64,000 bases of DNA, taken from NCBI GenBank assembly GCA_033723415.1, contig JAWVXD010000011.1, positions 11,120-75,119 of the forward strand. The letters are read 5' to 3'. Positions 51,435-63,038 of the stretch are shown here, in pieces. The first letter of the stretch is position 1, and each line of letters starts with the position of its first letter. A program made the translations under genes and the position numbers. The stretch is from Sulfurospirillaceae bacterium (GTDB taxonomy: Bacteria; Campylobacterota; Campylobacteria; Campylobacterales; Sulfurospirillaceae). A model generated the notes under the pieces. That model ran no database searches. It saw nothing but the letters and a program-made list of their open reading frames with translations, and was not told the DNA's origin.

Positions 51435-52148
51435 TTATTTACTCAAAATTCTTTTTAGAACTTCTTCATAAGCAACTTTTACATTGCCTAGACCTTGTCT
51501 AAATCTATCTTTATCTAGTTTTTCGTGTGTTGTAGAGTCCCAAAAACGACAACTGTCCGGGCTGATTTCATCTGCAAGTAATATGTTCCCTTGGTCATCT
51601 ACACCAAACTCAACTTTAAAGTCTATAAGGTCAAGTCCTCTATTCTCAAAAAATTTCTTTAAAATGCTGTTTATTTCTCTTCCTTGTCTCTTAAGTTCTA
51701 CAAGATCAGATTCACTTTTCACAAGATTCATAAGAAGACAATGTTCGTCATTTAGTATTGGATCATCTAAGTCATCATCTTTGTAATAAAACTCAACAAG
51801 TGCAAATGGCAACTTTTTGCCGTCTTCTATACCTAATCTCTTTGAAAGTGAGCCGGTTGCCGTATTTCTAACGACAACTTCGATTGGTATGATTGTAACT
51901 TTTTTTACAAGTTGTGTTGTATCGTCCAATGCTTCCAGCAAGTGTGTTTTGATGCCATTTTCTTCTAAAAGATGAAACAATTGCGTACTTATTTTACAGT
52001 TTAACGCACCTTTCCCTTCTTCGCTTCCCATTTTCTGTGCGTTAAATGCCGTCAAATCATCTTTGAACTCTGCGATCAATAGATTTGCATCTTCAGTTTT
52101 GTATAACTTTTTACCTTTGCCTTCGTACAGTAACTCTTTCTTTGTCAA
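51435..52148 (-). CDS. purC: SAICAR synthetase
   Basis: [50 protein letters not shown]. Confidence 0.97.
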   Translation of the reverse strand: MTKKELLYEGKGKKLYKTEDANLLIAEFKDDLTAFNAQKMGSEEGKGALNCKISTQLFHLLEENGIKTHLLEALDDTTQLVKKVTIIPIEVVVRNTATGSLSKRLGIEDGKKLPFALVEFYYKDDDLDDPILNDEHCLLMNLVKSESDLVELKRQGREINSILKKFFENRGLDLIDFKVEFGVDDQGNILLADEISPDSCRFWDSTTHEKLDKDRFRQGLGNVKVAYEEVLKRILSK

Positions 52149-52156
52149 GGTATATC

Positions 52157-53458
52157 CTAATTTCTGTTATTTTTGATAGATAATATTTTAATAGCGTCTA
52201 TAGCTGTTTTCAATTGTATATCATTTTCAACTTCGTCAGGCGTTATGACATCTTTTTTTGAAACTTCTTTTGAAACTTTTTTCTTGTCTATCTTAGCCAA
52301 TTCTCTTTGTAAGTGCATCTTTAGCTCTTTTTCTTTTATGCTAAATGCATCTACTTTGTGTGGAACTTTACCTGCATATACAATAACATCAGGTGTTACA
52401 CCGACTGCTTGTATAGTTCTTCCGCTTGGTAGATAGTATCTTGCTATAGTTAATCTTAGAGCTTCAGTATTATTAATAGGAAGTATAACTTGAACGCTTC
52501 CTTTTCCAAATGTTTTTTCACCGATTATAACAGCTCTTTTGAAGTCTTGTAAAGCACCGCTTACAATCTCGCTTGCACTTGCACTTCCGCCGTTTACTAG
52601 TACAGTCATCGGAACTCTTGACATCGTTGCTGATTTTGTTGCATGATACGAGATATCTTCATTGGCATCACGTCCCTTTTGAGATACGATGACACCTTTG
52701 TCTACAAAAAGATCAACTAATCCAACTGCCTGATTCAAAAGGCCGCCTGGGTTATTTCTAAGATCAAGTATGATACCTTTTACGTCTCTATGGCTGGATA
52801 GTGCTTTTTTAGCTTCTTCTACGACATTTTTACTGAAACTACTAACTCTCAGGTAAAGTATATTTTCATTTTCTATCGTTTTGGCATGAACAGAATCTAC
52901 AGTTATGATATCTCTTGTTATAGGGATAGCTATAGGTTTGCTTGCTCCACTTCTAACCACTGTCAATACTATTTTAGTTTTTGGCTTGCCTCTCATATGT
53001 CCGACTGCCTCATCTATAGTCATACCAAGTGTTGAGAGGTCGTTGATCTTGAGTATTATATCTCCGGCTTTTACCCCGGCTTTGTAAGCAGGAGTACCAT
53101 CTATAGGAGCGATGACTGTAAGTGCACCGTTCTTCATACCTACAGTGATTCCTAATCCGCCAAATTCTCCATCTGTTTGTATTTTTAGATCTTTATAATT
53201 TTTTTTGTTTAAAAATGATGAATGAGCATCAAGATTTGACATCAAACCTTCTATTGATTTATTGATTATAGCGGTTACGTTGATATCATCTACATAGTAT
53301 TTTTCAATAGTGCTGACAACTCTAGTATATTTTGCTAAAGCTTCCAGCCTGCTAGACTCGCTTTCTTGTGTTTTTGCAAAAAGTGTAGAAGTGAGTAGTA
53401 ATGTTGATCCAACGAGAGTTAAAACAAAACCTAATCCGGCAAACTTTGTATGTTTCAT
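52157..53458 (-). CDS. ctpA: Carboxy-terminal processing protease (S41, PDZ)
   Basis: GEFGGLGI (PDZ), [25 protein letters not shown]. Confidence 0.92.
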   Translation of the reverse strand: MKHTKFAGLGFVLTLVGSTLLLTSTLFAKTQESESSRLEALAKYTRVVSTIEKYYVDDINVTAIINKSIEGLMSNLDAHSSFLNKKNYKDLKIQTDGEFGGLGITVGMKNGALTVIAPIDGTPAYKAGVKAGDIILKINDLSTLGMTIDEAVGHMRGKPKTKIVLTVVRSGASKPIAIPITRDIITVDSVHAKTIENENILYLRVSSFSKNVVEEAKKALSSHRDVKGIILDLRNNPGGLLNQAVGLVDLFVDKGVIVSQKGRDANEDISYHATKSATMSRVPMTVLVNGGSASASEIVSGALQDFKRAVIIGEKTFGKGSVQVILPINNTEALRLTIARYYLPSGRTIQAVGVTPDVIVYAGKVPHKVDAFSIKEKELKMHLQRELAKIDKKKVSKEVSKKDVITPDEVENDIQLKTAIDAIKILSIKNNRN

Positions 53459-53589
53459 TATAATGTTTCTCCATATATAAATTTGTTAGATTATATATAA
53501 ATTTCCCTAAATATTGTATAAACCAGTTGCATAATTTTTACATTTTACATAAAATTATTAACAAAACATTAGTAAACACACTTAATAAA

Positions 53590-53619
53590 CTTGACAACAT
53601 GAGACTAAAGTTGTATAAT
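53590..53619 (+). promoter_or_regulatory. Sigma70 promoter of clpB overlapped by a HAIR-like (HspR) operator
   Basis: TTGACA (53591-53596), 17-nt spacer, TATAAT (53614-53619); CTTGACA-N7-ACTAAAG resembles HAIR CTTGAGT-N7-ACTCAAG. Confidence 0.75.
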
Positions 53620-53648
53620 AATACAAAAATTTAAGTGGGAGGATTATT

Positions 53649-56219
53649 ATGAATAATATATTTGAAAAACTAACACATCAGATGACACAAATTATAGAGA
53701 GTGCATTGTCGTTGGCACTTCACGCAAAAAATCCTGAAGTAGCTCCTTTACACGTATTATGGGCACTCCTTACTAACTCAAATTCTATATTGAATCAAGT
53801 ATTAAACAAAATGGGTATTGATAAATCGGCGCTGGAACTTGAAGTAAAAAGCAAGGTAAATTCGCTGCCTACTTCTTCAAACGTGACGAAAGACAGTATA
53901 AAACTTTCACATGCGTTGGTCGAATCTTTGCATAATGCAGAAGGACTCATGAACAAGCAGGGCGACAGTTATCTATCAGTTGATACTTGGCTGCATGAAA
54001 ATATAAAAGAGAGAAGCATACAAGAGGTCATGTCAAAATACGTTGACTTACTTGAAGTGAAAAAAAACCTGGAAGCCCTAAGAGGAAACAAAAAAATAGA
54101 CAAACAAACAGGAGACGAAACTCTTGAGTCTCTAGAGAAATTTGGGATTGATCTAACCAAAAAAGCTATAAACGGTGAACTTGATCCTGTTATAGGAAGA
54201 GATGAAGAGATACATCGTATTATGCAGATATTGATAAGAAAAACAAAGAACAACCCTATCTTGATAGGTGAACCTGGTACCGGAAAAACAGCGATAGCAG
54301 AAGGATTGGCTCTGAAAATCGCAAACAATGACGTACCTTTGAGTTTACAAAATAAAAAGGTAGTGGCACTGGACATGAGCGCTCTTATAGCAGGTGCAAA
54401 GTATCGAGGTGAATTTGAAGACAGGCTCAAAGCCGTCATAGACGAAGTCAAAACTTCAGGTGATATCATCCTGTTTATTGACGAGATTCACACTATAGTC
54501 GGAGCAGGAGCCAGTGAAGGCAGTATGGACGCCGCAAATATACTAAAACCGGCTTTGGCACGAGGTGAACTGCATACAATAGGAGCTACTACTTTAAAAG
54601 AGTATAGAAAATATTTTGAAAAAGATACGGCTTTGCAGAGAAGATTTCAACCTGTCAGCGTAAATGAACCAAATATCAATGAAGCGTTACAGATACTTAG
54701 AGGAATAAAAGAGTCGTTAGAAGCATTTCACAGTGTCAGGATAACAGACAGCGCTCTTGTAGCAGCTGCAAAATTGAGTGATAGATATATCACAGACAGA
54801 TTTTTGCCGGATAAGGCGATAGACCTGATAGATGAGGGTGCGAGTGAGTTAAAGATGCAGATTGAGAGCGAACCGATAGAACTTAGTCGTGTCAAGATAG
54901 AGATCGGACGACTTATGGTCGAAAAAGAAGCTTTGATAATGGAAAGCAAAAAGAAAAACAAAGACAGACTCGGCGCAATCGAAAAAGAATTGAGTGATGC
55001 AAAAGAGAGAAAACAAAAACTTCAAATGCAATTTGATTTGGAAAAAGAAGTTTTTGAACAGATCGCGGCTTTGAAAAACGAGGCAGAATCGCTTAAGAGA
55101 GAAGCTGAAGTTGCCAAAAGAAATAGTGATTTTAATAAAGCAGCCGAAATAGAGTACGGCAAAATCCCTGAGATCGTCCAAAAAGAGCAAGAACTAAATA
55201 CAAAATGGGAAAAGATGATAGAAAGCGGCACGCTTCTTAAAAATAGTGTTGACGAAGAGATGATAGCTTCTATCGTGAGCAAGTGGACAGGAATCCCTGT
55301 AACCAAGATGCTTCAAAGTGACAAACAAAAGGTCTTGGACATAGAAGATAAGCTTAGAGAAGAAGTTGTCGGTCAAGAAAAAGCTCTTCATGCGATCGGT
55401 AGAACGATCAAAAGAAACAAAGCAGGACTCAGCAGCGACAACAAACCTATCGGAAGTTTTATGTTCTTGGGACCAACCGGAGTAGGTAAAACACAAAGTG
55501 CAAAAGCACTTGCCAAATTTTTGTTTGACAGCGAAAAATCTTTGATCAGATTTGATATGAGCGAATACATGGAAAAACATGCCGTAAGCAGACTCATAGG
55601 AGCGGCACCAGGTTATGTCGGTTATGATGAAGGCGGTCAGCTAACAGAAGCAGTGAGGCGAAAGCCATATAGTGTGCTATTGTTTGACGAGGTCGAAAAA
55701 GCACATCCTGATGTTTTTAACATACTGTTACAAGTGTTGGATGATGGAAGACTTACCGATAACAAAGGTGTAACTGTAGATTTTAAAAATACGATCATCA
55801 TCTTGACATCAAACATCGCAAGTGAAAAGATCATGGAAAATCCGCAAAATTGCGAAAGCGATGTCATGAACGAAATCAAACGTTACTTTAAACCTGAATT
55901 CTTGAATAGACTCGATGATATAGTGATCTTTAATCCGTTAAGTTTTGAAGATATCAAAAATATTGTCAATATCATGTTTAAAGAACTAGAACATAGAGTC
56001 GGTGAGCGAGGTATCAAGGTAAGTCTTGATGAAAGTGCCAAAGAATTGATCGCTAAAGCTGGATTTGATCCGGTATATGGAGCAAGACCGTTGAAGAGAG
56101 CACTTTATGAGCTGATAGAAGACAAACTGGCAGATATGATATTAAAAGATGAGCTTGAAGAAGGTTCAAACGTAAATATTAAATCATTTAATGATGAATT
56201 GATCTTTGAGGTAGCATAA
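53649..56219 (+). CDS. clpB: Chaperone ClpB
   Basis: Two AAA modules ([16 protein letters not shown]), middle coiled coil, [19 protein letters not shown]. Confidence 0.97.
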   Translation: MNNIFEKLTHQMTQIIESALSLALHAKNPEVAPLHVLWALLTNSNSILNQVLNKMGIDKSALELEVKSKVNSLPTSSNVTKDSIKLSHALVESLHNAEGLMNKQGDSYLSVDTWLHENIKERSIQEVMSKYVDLLEVKKNLEALRGNKKIDKQTGDETLESLEKFGIDLTKKAINGELDPVIGRDEEIHRIMQILIRKTKNNPILIGEPGTGKTAIAEGLALKIANNDVPLSLQNKKVVALDMSALIAGAKYRGEFEDRLKAVIDEVKTSGDIILFIDEIHTIVGAGASEGSMDAANILKPALARGELHTIGATTLKEYRKYFEKDTALQRRFQPVSVNEPNINEALQILRGIKESLEAFHSVRITDSALVAAAKLSDRYITDRFLPDKAIDLIDEGASELKMQIESEPIELSRVKIEIGRLMVEKEALIMESKKKNKDRLGAIEKELSDAKERKQKLQMQFDLEKEVFEQIAALKNEAESLKREAEVAKRNSDFNKAAEIEYGKIPEIVQKEQELNTKWEKMIESGTLLKNSVDEEMIASIVSKWTGIPVTKMLQSDKQKVLDIEDKLREEVVGQEKALHAIGRTIKRNKAGLSSDNKPIGSFMFLGPTGVGKTQSAKALAKFLFDSEKSLIRFDMSEYMEKHAVSRLIGAAPGYVGYDEGGQLTEAVRRKPYSVLLFDEVEKAHPDVFNILLQVLDDGRLTDNKGVTVDFKNTIIILTSNIASEKIMENPQNCESDVMNEIKRYFKPEFLNRLDDIVIFNPLSFEDIKNIVNIMFKELEHRVGERGIKVSLDESAKELIAKAGFDPVYGARPLKRALYELIEDKLADMILKDELEEGSNVNIKSFNDELIFEVA

Positions 56220-56225
56220 AAAAGA

Positions 56226-56254
56226 GCAGGGCTAAACATAGAATTTAGCCCTGC
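56226..56254. terminator. Hairpin between convergent clpB and yccF
   Basis: 11-bp IR GCAGGGCTAAA / TTTAGCCCTGC. Confidence 0.75.
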
Positions 56255-56278
56255 AAATTTTTAATATTATTTACTATT

Positions 56279-56740
56279 TTAGATTTTATTTCTTAAATCA
56301 TTTATTATTGTCTCAGCGTTTGCGGCACGTGTAGCTCTTGCAACTTCTTTGCTGACTATGGTTTTCCCTATAGGAAACAGCGCAATACCGGCAAGCTTTA
56401 GATGTTGTATACCAAAAGGAATGCCGATGATAGTTATAAAATTAACTATGGCAGCTGCTACATGACCTATCGCAAGCCATAAACCTGCAAATATAAACCA
56501 GATGATATTTCCGACAACTCCAAAACTGCTTGTGCCTATGTCATCTTTTTGTGATAGTTCTTTTCGACTTATAGCCTCTTTGCCAAAGGGGAAGAAAGAG
56601 AAGTTGCCGATAACAAAACAAGCTTTAGCCCATGGAATTCCAACGACAGTGATCAACGCTATAGCACCGATGATCCACCACGCAAGTCCCATAATTAAAC
56701 CACCTAAAATAAACCAGAGTACATTACCTAGTGTTCTCAT
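56279..56740 (-). CDS. yccF: YccF domain inner-membrane protein
   Basis: Duplicated GNVLWF...GIPW...PFG / GNIIWF...GIPF...PIG; GGAGG SD before MRTLG. Confidence 0.9.
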   Translation of the reverse strand: MRTLGNVLWFILGGLIMGLAWWIIGAIALITVVGIPWAKACFVIGNFSFFPFGKEAISRKELSQKDDIGTSSFGVVGNIIWFIFAGLWLAIGHVAAAIVNFITIIGIPFGIQHLKLAGIALFPIGKTIVSKEVARATRAANAETIINDLRNKI

Positions 56741-56993
56741 ACTTGCCTCCATATTGGTATAATATTTTCACGCATATTCAAAAACCACTTACAGATTTTT
56801 GATTGATTTTTCTATTATAATAGTAAAATACTTATACTAGCTATAAAAAAATTTTTCTATTGTTTAGATCGCATATTTAGTGCTTTTTATCGTATTTTTT
56901 GAGGCTAATTATTATGTTTTATGATCCATATTTTTTCTTTTTTCTTTAAATATAATCATAACCGTGGTATAGTTATGCTCATAATTTTAAAGG

Positions 56994-57875
56994 ATGCATA
57001 TGAATTATTTAATCATAATGACGTTTATTTGGGCGTTTTCATTTAGTTTTATAGGTGAATTCTTAGCAGGACGGGTAGATAGTTATTTCGCAGTACTCAT
57101 TCGTGTCGCTTTAGCTTCACTTATATTTCTTCCATTTACGAAATTTCGTGGTATTGCTACGGAATTGAAAATTAAAATGATGCTCATAGGAAGTATACAA
57201 ATAGGTGTGATGTATATCTTCTTTTATCAATCATTTTTATTTCTTAGCGTTCCAGAGGTCATCTTATTTACAATTTTTACACCTATATACGTGACATTGG
57301 TTTATGATGGGCTTAAGGGTCAGTTTAAACCCTTATATCTCATAAGTGCAGGTGTGGCAGTTTTGGGAGCGTATATCATAAGGTATCACAACATAAATGC
57401 TGAGTTTATAACAGGCTTTTTGATGGTACAAGGTGCAAACATCTGTTTTGCTATCGGACAAAGCGCCTATAAGAAAGTGATGGAATCGCATCAAAACGTC
57501 AAACAGCGTGATGTCTTTGGATATTTTCATTTTGGTGCACTAGGTGTGAGTTTGGTCGCTTTCGCATTGTTTTCTCATCATGATAAATTATCTCCAACAC
57601 TGACACAATGGGGTGTTTTATTATGGTTGGGTGTTGTTGCTTCCGGTCTTGGTTATTTTTTATGGAACAAAGGTGCATGCGAAGTAGATGCCGGAGTGCT
57701 TGCTATCATGAACAATGCTTTAGTCCCTACAGGACTTATCATGAACCTTCTTATCTGGGGGAGAGAGACAAATTATCTTTTACTTCTCTTAGGAAGTATG
57801 GTCATAGCATTTTCTCTATGGCTGCATAGTCTTTTTATGAAGCGCTATCAGCTTAAAGGTAAAATACAGATATAG
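56994..57875 (+). CDS. yigM: EamA/DMT transporter resembling E. coli YigM/BioP (biotin transporter)
   Basis: WAFSFSFIGEFLAGRVDSYFAVLIRVALA and TPIYVTLVYD closely match the YigM N-terminus as I recall it. Confidence 0.75.
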   Translation: MHMNYLIIMTFIWAFSFSFIGEFLAGRVDSYFAVLIRVALASLIFLPFTKFRGIATELKIKMMLIGSIQIGVMYIFFYQSFLFLSVPEVILFTIFTPIYVTLVYDGLKGQFKPLYLISAGVAVLGAYIIRYHNINAEFITGFLMVQGANICFAIGQSAYKKVMESHQNVKQRDVFGYFHFGALGVSLVAFALFSHHDKLSPTLTQWGVLLWLGVVASGLGYFLWNKGACEVDAGVLAIMNNALVPTGLIMNLLIWGRETNYLLLLLGSMVIAFSLWLHSLFMKRYQLKGKIQI

Positions 57876-57951
57876 TATGCCGACTATTTTATGAGCCATA
57901 AATACAGTTGAGAATTACTAACAAATACCTTATTTGGTGCTCTTTTGATGT

Positions 57952-59244
57952 TTAAAGTGAAAAAAAGCTGACATTGTTTTTGCCCAAGCTTTTAGAGGCG
58001 TACATCGCCGTATCGGCATTTTTTATTAATGCTTCAGATGTACGCCCATGATCTGGGAATAAAGCAATACCGATAGATGCACCTATATGCAGCTCTTCTC
58101 CTCGAATTTCAATAGGTTCGTTAATAGATTGGACGATGCGTTTAGAGACATCTATGATCTCATCTTTCCCTTTAGGGTTGTTGAGTATAAAGATAAACTC
58201 ATCACCTCCTACACGAGCTACTGTATCTGATTCACGTACTAGCTCCAAGAGCCTTTTTGCTACTTCTTTTAACAAGTCATCACCTATATCATGACCAAAT
58301 TGATCATTGACTGGCTTAAATCCGTCAAGGTCGAGAAACATCAATGCTAGATTGCAATCTTTTCGATTGGAATTTATAAGTTGACGGTTTATTCGCTCTA
58401 TCAGTAATGTTCGATTCGGCAAGTCTGTTAAAGCATCATGAAAAGCCAAATGTTTTATGTATTCATCTTTGTGCCAAAGAGCAGTTATGTCGTTAAATAC
58501 CGATACATATCGAACCGGTTTGTCATCTGTATCACGCACCATGCTTATGGTCATGCGTTCAAGGTAAAGATCACCACTTTTTCGGCGGTTCCATATCTCA
58601 CCTTTCCATCTACCATTGGTTTTTATATCTTTCCACATAGAAGAGTAAAATGCCAGGTCATGTCGGTTTGATTTTAAAATACGTGGGTTTTTCCCTAGGA
58701 CTTCTTCTTCCGTATAACCCGTTATCTCGGTAAAGGCAGGGTTGACTGACAAAATAGTTCCTTTGGTATCTGTGATTAGAACACCATCTAGCGTGTTTTC
58801 AAAGACACAGGCAGCCAGTTTGAGCTGTGCCTCAGTTTCTTTTAGTTCCGTTACCTCACTGGCTAGGATAGAAAATCCTCGCACGACACCATTGCTATCA
58901 AAATCCGGTATGTAGTGCCCGATGATATTGCCTATACTTCCATCTGTTTTGTTCAAAGTTCGTTCAAAGCGTTGCGGTTTGCCGTCCAAAACACCACGAA
59001 TATGAGGTTCGTTTATAGTAAATAGTTTCTCGCCTGTGAGCTCTTGAAAAGTGATACCGATGATATCCTTAGGATGTTTGTTAAACCACTTGATATAAGC
59101 ATTATTAGCAAAACGGCAACGTAAGTCTCTATCCCAATACCCGATCATACTAGGCAAAGAATTTATAATAGATCTGATAAATTGCTCACTCTTCTGAGCA
59201 TCTGGCTGTGGTACTTCTTGGTTTTCTTCACTCTTGTCTTTCAT
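57952..59244 (-). CDS. Cytoplasmic PAS-PAS-GGDEF diguanylate cyclase
   Basis: PAS motifs (RFANNAY; VNPAFTEITGY...WKGEIWNRRKSG), DALTDLPNR, RESD I-site then GGDEF. Confidence 0.92.
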   Translation of the reverse strand: MKDKSEENQEVPQPDAQKSEQFIRSIINSLPSMIGYWDRDLRCRFANNAYIKWFNKHPKDIIGITFQELTGEKLFTINEPHIRGVLDGKPQRFERTLNKTDGSIGNIIGHYIPDFDSNGVVRGFSILASEVTELKETEAQLKLAACVFENTLDGVLITDTKGTILSVNPAFTEITGYTEEEVLGKNPRILKSNRHDLAFYSSMWKDIKTNGRWKGEIWNRRKSGDLYLERMTISMVRDTDDKPVRYVSVFNDITALWHKDEYIKHLAFHDALTDLPNRTLLIERINRQLINSNRKDCNLALMFLDLDGFKPVNDQFGHDIGDDLLKEVAKRLLELVRESDTVARVGGDEFIFILNNPKGKDEIIDVSKRIVQSINEPIEIRGEELHIGASIGIALFPDHGRTSEALIKNADTAMYASKSLGKNNVSFFSL

Positions 59245-59321
59245 CTTCTATCCTTGGGTATAGACTAGTACGCCCTTATATACGTTCGCCATTGTTAAGA
59301 GAATAAAGTGTTCTTTTGTTT

Positions 59322-59399
59322 CAATTTTAAGAGTATATCAAAAATATTCTAATAATAATTAAACAATTTAAACTAGCCTGTACCAAGTTGAATGGGCTC
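59322..59399. repeat. Copy 1 of a 61-bp exact (78-bp imperfect) direct repeat; carries an EamA 3' remnant
   Basis: 59322-59382 is identical to 61893-61953; the minus strand encodes EPIQLGTG* versus EPIQLATG* in the intact gene. Confidence 0.9.
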
Positions 59400-59763
59400 T
59401 TACTTCGAAGATAAAGAAAGAGAGTAATGTCATAGAGAGGAAGTGTTTTTTTATACCAAGTACGTGAGAAGCTACGCCTGAAACTACAGTTTGAAAACTG
59501 AGCAATCGGTTTATCCACATTTTTTCCTCGCCCCGTTCCATAAAACTGTGTCAAAAAAGTGGAAATTCAACTCTAGGGTCTATTCTGGTACAAAATGGAA
59601 CCGATACGGAACTATTTTTATAGTATAGTTTTATCGTTAAAAAAAGACAAGAAGAGCCTCATGAGCCTATTATACTAATGATGCAATAGGTATTGTTTTG
59701 ACTTTTAATGTCAATATAATTTTTTTAATACATTTTAAATCCATTAAAAAGAGAGGATGCCCT

Positions 59764-61719
59764 ATGCAAAAATTTAAAATTAGTAAACACAATCTTCTGT
59801 TTCTTATATCAGTTCTGGCTGTTGCTGCGATAATGGTCGCATCGCTGCTCTATACACTCAAAACTACTACGGTCGTTTTGGATGAAGTGACGCGCAGCTC
59901 TCTAGAGAATATTACCTATGAAAAAAAAGTCCAAATCAACAATTTATTAGAAGATATTCAAACGCTTAATGCTAATGTCCTACATCTCACATCAGCTGAA
60001 GCCTTGGCAAAAAGCTTTGTAAATGAAGGCAAAATTGACACCGGTCTACGAGACGATGTACGAAAAGATCTAAAAAATGTTTATAAAAACGTTGATGGTC
60101 TCTTTGAAAATTTCTTTGTTGCCAGCAAAAAAACAATTATTGCCGATTCAATTGACGGGGCCTCTGAGTCGTATGTTTTTACTGATGATGCTCCAGTTAC
60201 CTCCTATTTAGACTCCACTAAGCCACATAAAGGTTTCACTGTGGTTTCTCCTATTTCAGGTCGTCCTATCTCTTTTGTTATGAATCCAATTCTTGATTCC
60301 AAAACCAATGCAGTGTATGGACAACTGATGATTCCCGTCGATCTCATTACAATGGTTTCACATGTCATGAAACTGGACAATGCCAAAGCGCAAGCCTTTT
60401 TAATCAGTAAAGAAGGGCTTGTATATGCGGCAAGCAATCAGAAATACATACTAAAACTCAATTTTGCGAAAAAACAAGCCCTTAAAAACTTTTTTAAAAC
60501 AATCAAAAGTAAAAGTACCGGTACCGGTACTTTTACTTTAAATGGAACAGAGTACATAGCCTCTTTTACAAAACTTGGTTTTGACGATCTGACCATCCTT
60601 ACAGCACTTCCTATTAATACCTATATGCTCAAAATTGACTCTATGCGTAATAATCTTATAATGATTTCTGTTGCAGGTATTTTACTCATGACTCTTATAC
60701 TCTTTTTATTTATCTATTTAAGCACAAAACCGTTGCTGGGACGCTTAACGCAGGCAATGGTCACGTCAGAAGCTATTGCACAAGGAAATCTCACTAATAC
60801 CATCACACTCAGCGGTGAAGATGAGGGGACTCGACTATTGCAGGCGCTAACCACTATGCAAGAAAGTCTTTATAACACCGTAGGTAATATAATCTCGACG
60901 TCACACAATCTGTCTGATAATTCAAACCAGCTTAATGACGTAGCAAAGCACATGGATGAGGGACTGCGTAATCAAGGCAACGCCATCGAACATGTAAGCG
61001 GTATCAGCTCTGGGATAAGAAAAACTTTTGAAAGTATGAACCAATTGGCAAATGATGCAACAAAAGCATCCGAAGAAGGAAACGAAGAGGCTCAGCGAGG
61101 CAAAGTAAATGTAGAAAAAAGCTTAGTCTCGATGGAAGAGCTGAGTGTCGGTCTCAATGACAGTTCTAATAAAATTTCCACTCTTGCAGAGCAGATAGTT
61201 TCTGTATCCACGGTACTTGAAGTCATTGGAGACATTGCCGATCAGACTAATTTACTCTCACTTAATGCCGCCATCGAAGCCGCACGTGCCGGTGAACACG
61301 GTCGAGGTTTTGCTGTTGTAGCTGATGAAGTGCGTAAATTGGCAGAGCGTACTCAAAAAAGCCTTGGCGAAATAAACATAATCATTAAAGGCATCCAAGA
61401 TGGTACACGTGATGCCGTTGATGCTATGAACAATAGTAATAACATGGCACTTGAAACACTTCAGATTGCTAGAGAGTCAGGGGAAGTGCTCGATTTGATT
61501 ACCCAACTAATGGAGGACATTAATACAAGTAACCAAAAAGTTTCTCAAGTTTCCAAAGAGCAGACAAAAGCTGTTCAAGAAATCGACCAAAGTCTGCACC
61601 ATATCCGTACTGTTGCAGAACAGGGAATCGAAGGTTCTAATCTGAACAAAAAAATTGGATTAGAACTTTCGCAATTAGCCAAAGAACTTGGACTAATTGT
61701 CAATGCGTTTAAAGTGTAG
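59764..61719 (+). CDS. Methyl-accepting chemotaxis protein with Cache-type sensor
   Basis: Two TM, HAMP (IAQGNLT...EDEG), [44 protein letters not shown] before ATG 59764. Confidence 0.93.
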   Translation: MQKFKISKHNLLFLISVLAVAAIMVASLLYTLKTTTVVLDEVTRSSLENITYEKKVQINNLLEDIQTLNANVLHLTSAEALAKSFVNEGKIDTGLRDDVRKDLKNVYKNVDGLFENFFVASKKTIIADSIDGASESYVFTDDAPVTSYLDSTKPHKGFTVVSPISGRPISFVMNPILDSKTNAVYGQLMIPVDLITMVSHVMKLDNAKAQAFLISKEGLVYAASNQKYILKLNFAKKQALKNFFKTIKSKSTGTGTFTLNGTEYIASFTKLGFDDLTILTALPINTYMLKIDSMRNNLIMISVAGILLMTLILFLFIYLSTKPLLGRLTQAMVTSEAIAQGNLTNTITLSGEDEGTRLLQALTTMQESLYNTVGNIISTSHNLSDNSNQLNDVAKHMDEGLRNQGNAIEHVSGISSGIRKTFESMNQLANDATKASEEGNEEAQRGKVNVEKSLVSMEELSVGLNDSSNKISTLAEQIVSVSTVLEVIGDIADQTNLLSLNAAIEAARAGEHGRGFAVVADEVRKLAERTQKSLGEINIIIKGIQDGTRDAVDAMNNSNNMALETLQIARESGEVLDLITQLMEDINTSNQKVSQVSKEQTKAVQEIDQSLHHIRTVAEQGIEGSNLNKKIGLELSQLAKELGLIVNAFKV

Positions 61720-61749
61720 GGACTTCAAAAAAAGAGATAATATTTGAAA

Positions 61750-61788
61750 GGAGCCGATAAATTGCTCGTAGGGTAATTTATCGGTTCC
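61750..61788 (+). terminator. Hairpin downstream of the MCP gene
   Basis: GGAGCCGATAAATTGCTC-GTA-GGGTAATTTATCGGTTCC, long stem with G-U pairs. Confidence 0.7.
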
Positions 61789-61865
61789 ACTGATTTGTTG
61801 TATTTTGCATTTTAATGCGATTTGACTCTATAAATTGACCTAAGTTCCAAAATCTAGTTTTTAGG

Positions 61866-61889
61866 GGAAACTGTCCACCGATTACCCAC
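61866..61889. repeat. 24-bp direct repeat, copy 1
   Basis: GGAAACTGTCCACCGATTACCCAC; 22/24 identical to 63015-63038. Confidence 0.85.
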
Positions 61890-61892
61890 TTC

Positions 61893-61970
61893 CAATTTTA
61901 AGAGTATATCAAAAATATTCTAATAATAATTAAACAATTTAAACTAGCCTGTAGCCAATTGAATAGGCTC
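61893..61970. repeat. Copy 2 of the 61-bp exact direct repeat
   Basis: First 61 bp identical to 59322-59382; overlaps the 3' end of the EamA gene. Confidence 0.9.
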
Positions 61971-62891
61971 AACTTTCGCTGAGGCTCTACTACCGAGCAA
62001 CCAAATGCTAAGAAGTAGGAGAATACCTCCTATCCACTGCAACGCACTTAAGTGCTGACCAAGCAGAAGCGCTGAAAGCACTACCGCAGTGAGTGGCTCA
62101 AGCAATGTGGCTACCGTGAGTGCTGTGGGTTTCAGTCGTGCCGCACCCCAGCTAAAGGCAAGTAGTGCTAGTGCTGCGGTTACTACGCCAAGATACAAAA
62201 ACCAAGCTTGTGGCGGGAGCTCGCTCGGCCAGGTAAATGGTCGAAAAAGTGCATACAAGCTCATGACAACAGCTGCAACTACGGTGAGACATGCTGTAGC
62301 AGGTCCCGCTCCAAGGGCAATTGAGATACGACCGCTGAACATCGAAAAGCCAGAGTAGAGTAGGGCTGATCCTATCGAAAACAAAACGCCGAGCAATGTG
62401 CTGTGCGAACCTATGCCTGTATGCGTAGTACCCTGGGTGATGATCAAAACGGTACCGATGATCGCTCCTGTAAGTACAAGAAGCAGCTGTAGATCGACTC
62501 TTTCTTGCCTTCGAATGACTGCGATGATCGTGACGATGACGGGTGGAAGGCAGAGTGCGATCAGTGTCGGAACGGCGGCGCCAATCTGTTCGATTCCCAA
62601 AAACCAGAGCAATACATAGCCAGCCATTGCAGTACCTGCAAGTACCACGGTGAGCAGTAGTGGTCGCAGTCGCTTCCACGAAATCTCACGACCAAAGACC
62701 AGGAGGAGAACAACCGCACCGATAACAAAGCGCCAAAAAGAGATATTTTCAGGCGTGAAGCCATCTTGTGCGACAAGGATGTTGACAACAAGAGCACCCG
62801 TCCCCCACATGATTCCTGCTCCGCAAGCTGCCATGAGCGCAAGCTTCGAAGATGCAGAATGCGAGTGCGATGATGGTATGGAAGTTTTCAT
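61944..62891 (-). CDS. DMT/EamA family transporter, high GC (probably horizontally acquired)
   Basis: ~10 TM, MWGTG, FWRF, TLLEPLTAV; a sampled 60-nt line (62041-62100) has 32/60 G+C against an AT-rich background. Confidence 0.88.
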   Translation of the reverse strand: MKTSIPSSHSHSASSKLALMAACGAGIMWGTGALVVNILVAQDGFTPENISFWRFVIGAVVLLLVFGREISWKRLRPLLLTVVLAGTAMAGYVLLWFLGIEQIGAAVPTLIALCLPPVIVTIIAVIRRQERVDLQLLLVLTGAIIGTVLIITQGTTHTGIGSHSTLLGVLFSIGSALLYSGFSMFSGRISIALGAGPATACLTVVAAVVMSLYALFRPFTWPSELPPQAWFLYLGVVTAALALLAFSWGAARLKPTALTVATLLEPLTAVVLSALLLGQHLSALQWIGGILLLLSIWLLGSRASAKVEPIQLATG

Positions 62892-63014
62892 GTGTAATAC
62901 CTTGTATGTCTATTGCTACTATCATGAGCGTTTTAAAACAATTGAATTTCTGGGATATTATACCAATTTATCTTATCATGAAAGTTAGTCTATATTTAGT
63001 AAGTGGAAAATTCA

Positions 63015-63038
63015 GGAAACTGTCCCCAGATTACCCAC
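63015..63038. repeat. 24-bp direct repeat, copy 2
   Basis: GGAAACTGTCCCCAGATTACCCAC. Confidence 0.85.

Noticed and set aside
57880..57950. attC-like fragments (GTTGAGAA, ACTAACAAATAC) between yigM-like and GGDEF genes
   Set aside because: No paired RYYYAAC/GTTRRRY arms or hairpin; too short to support.
59327..59554. 75-aa minus-strand ORF in the track
   Set aside because: It spans repeat and scar sequence, has no SD, and is out of frame with the EamA remnant.
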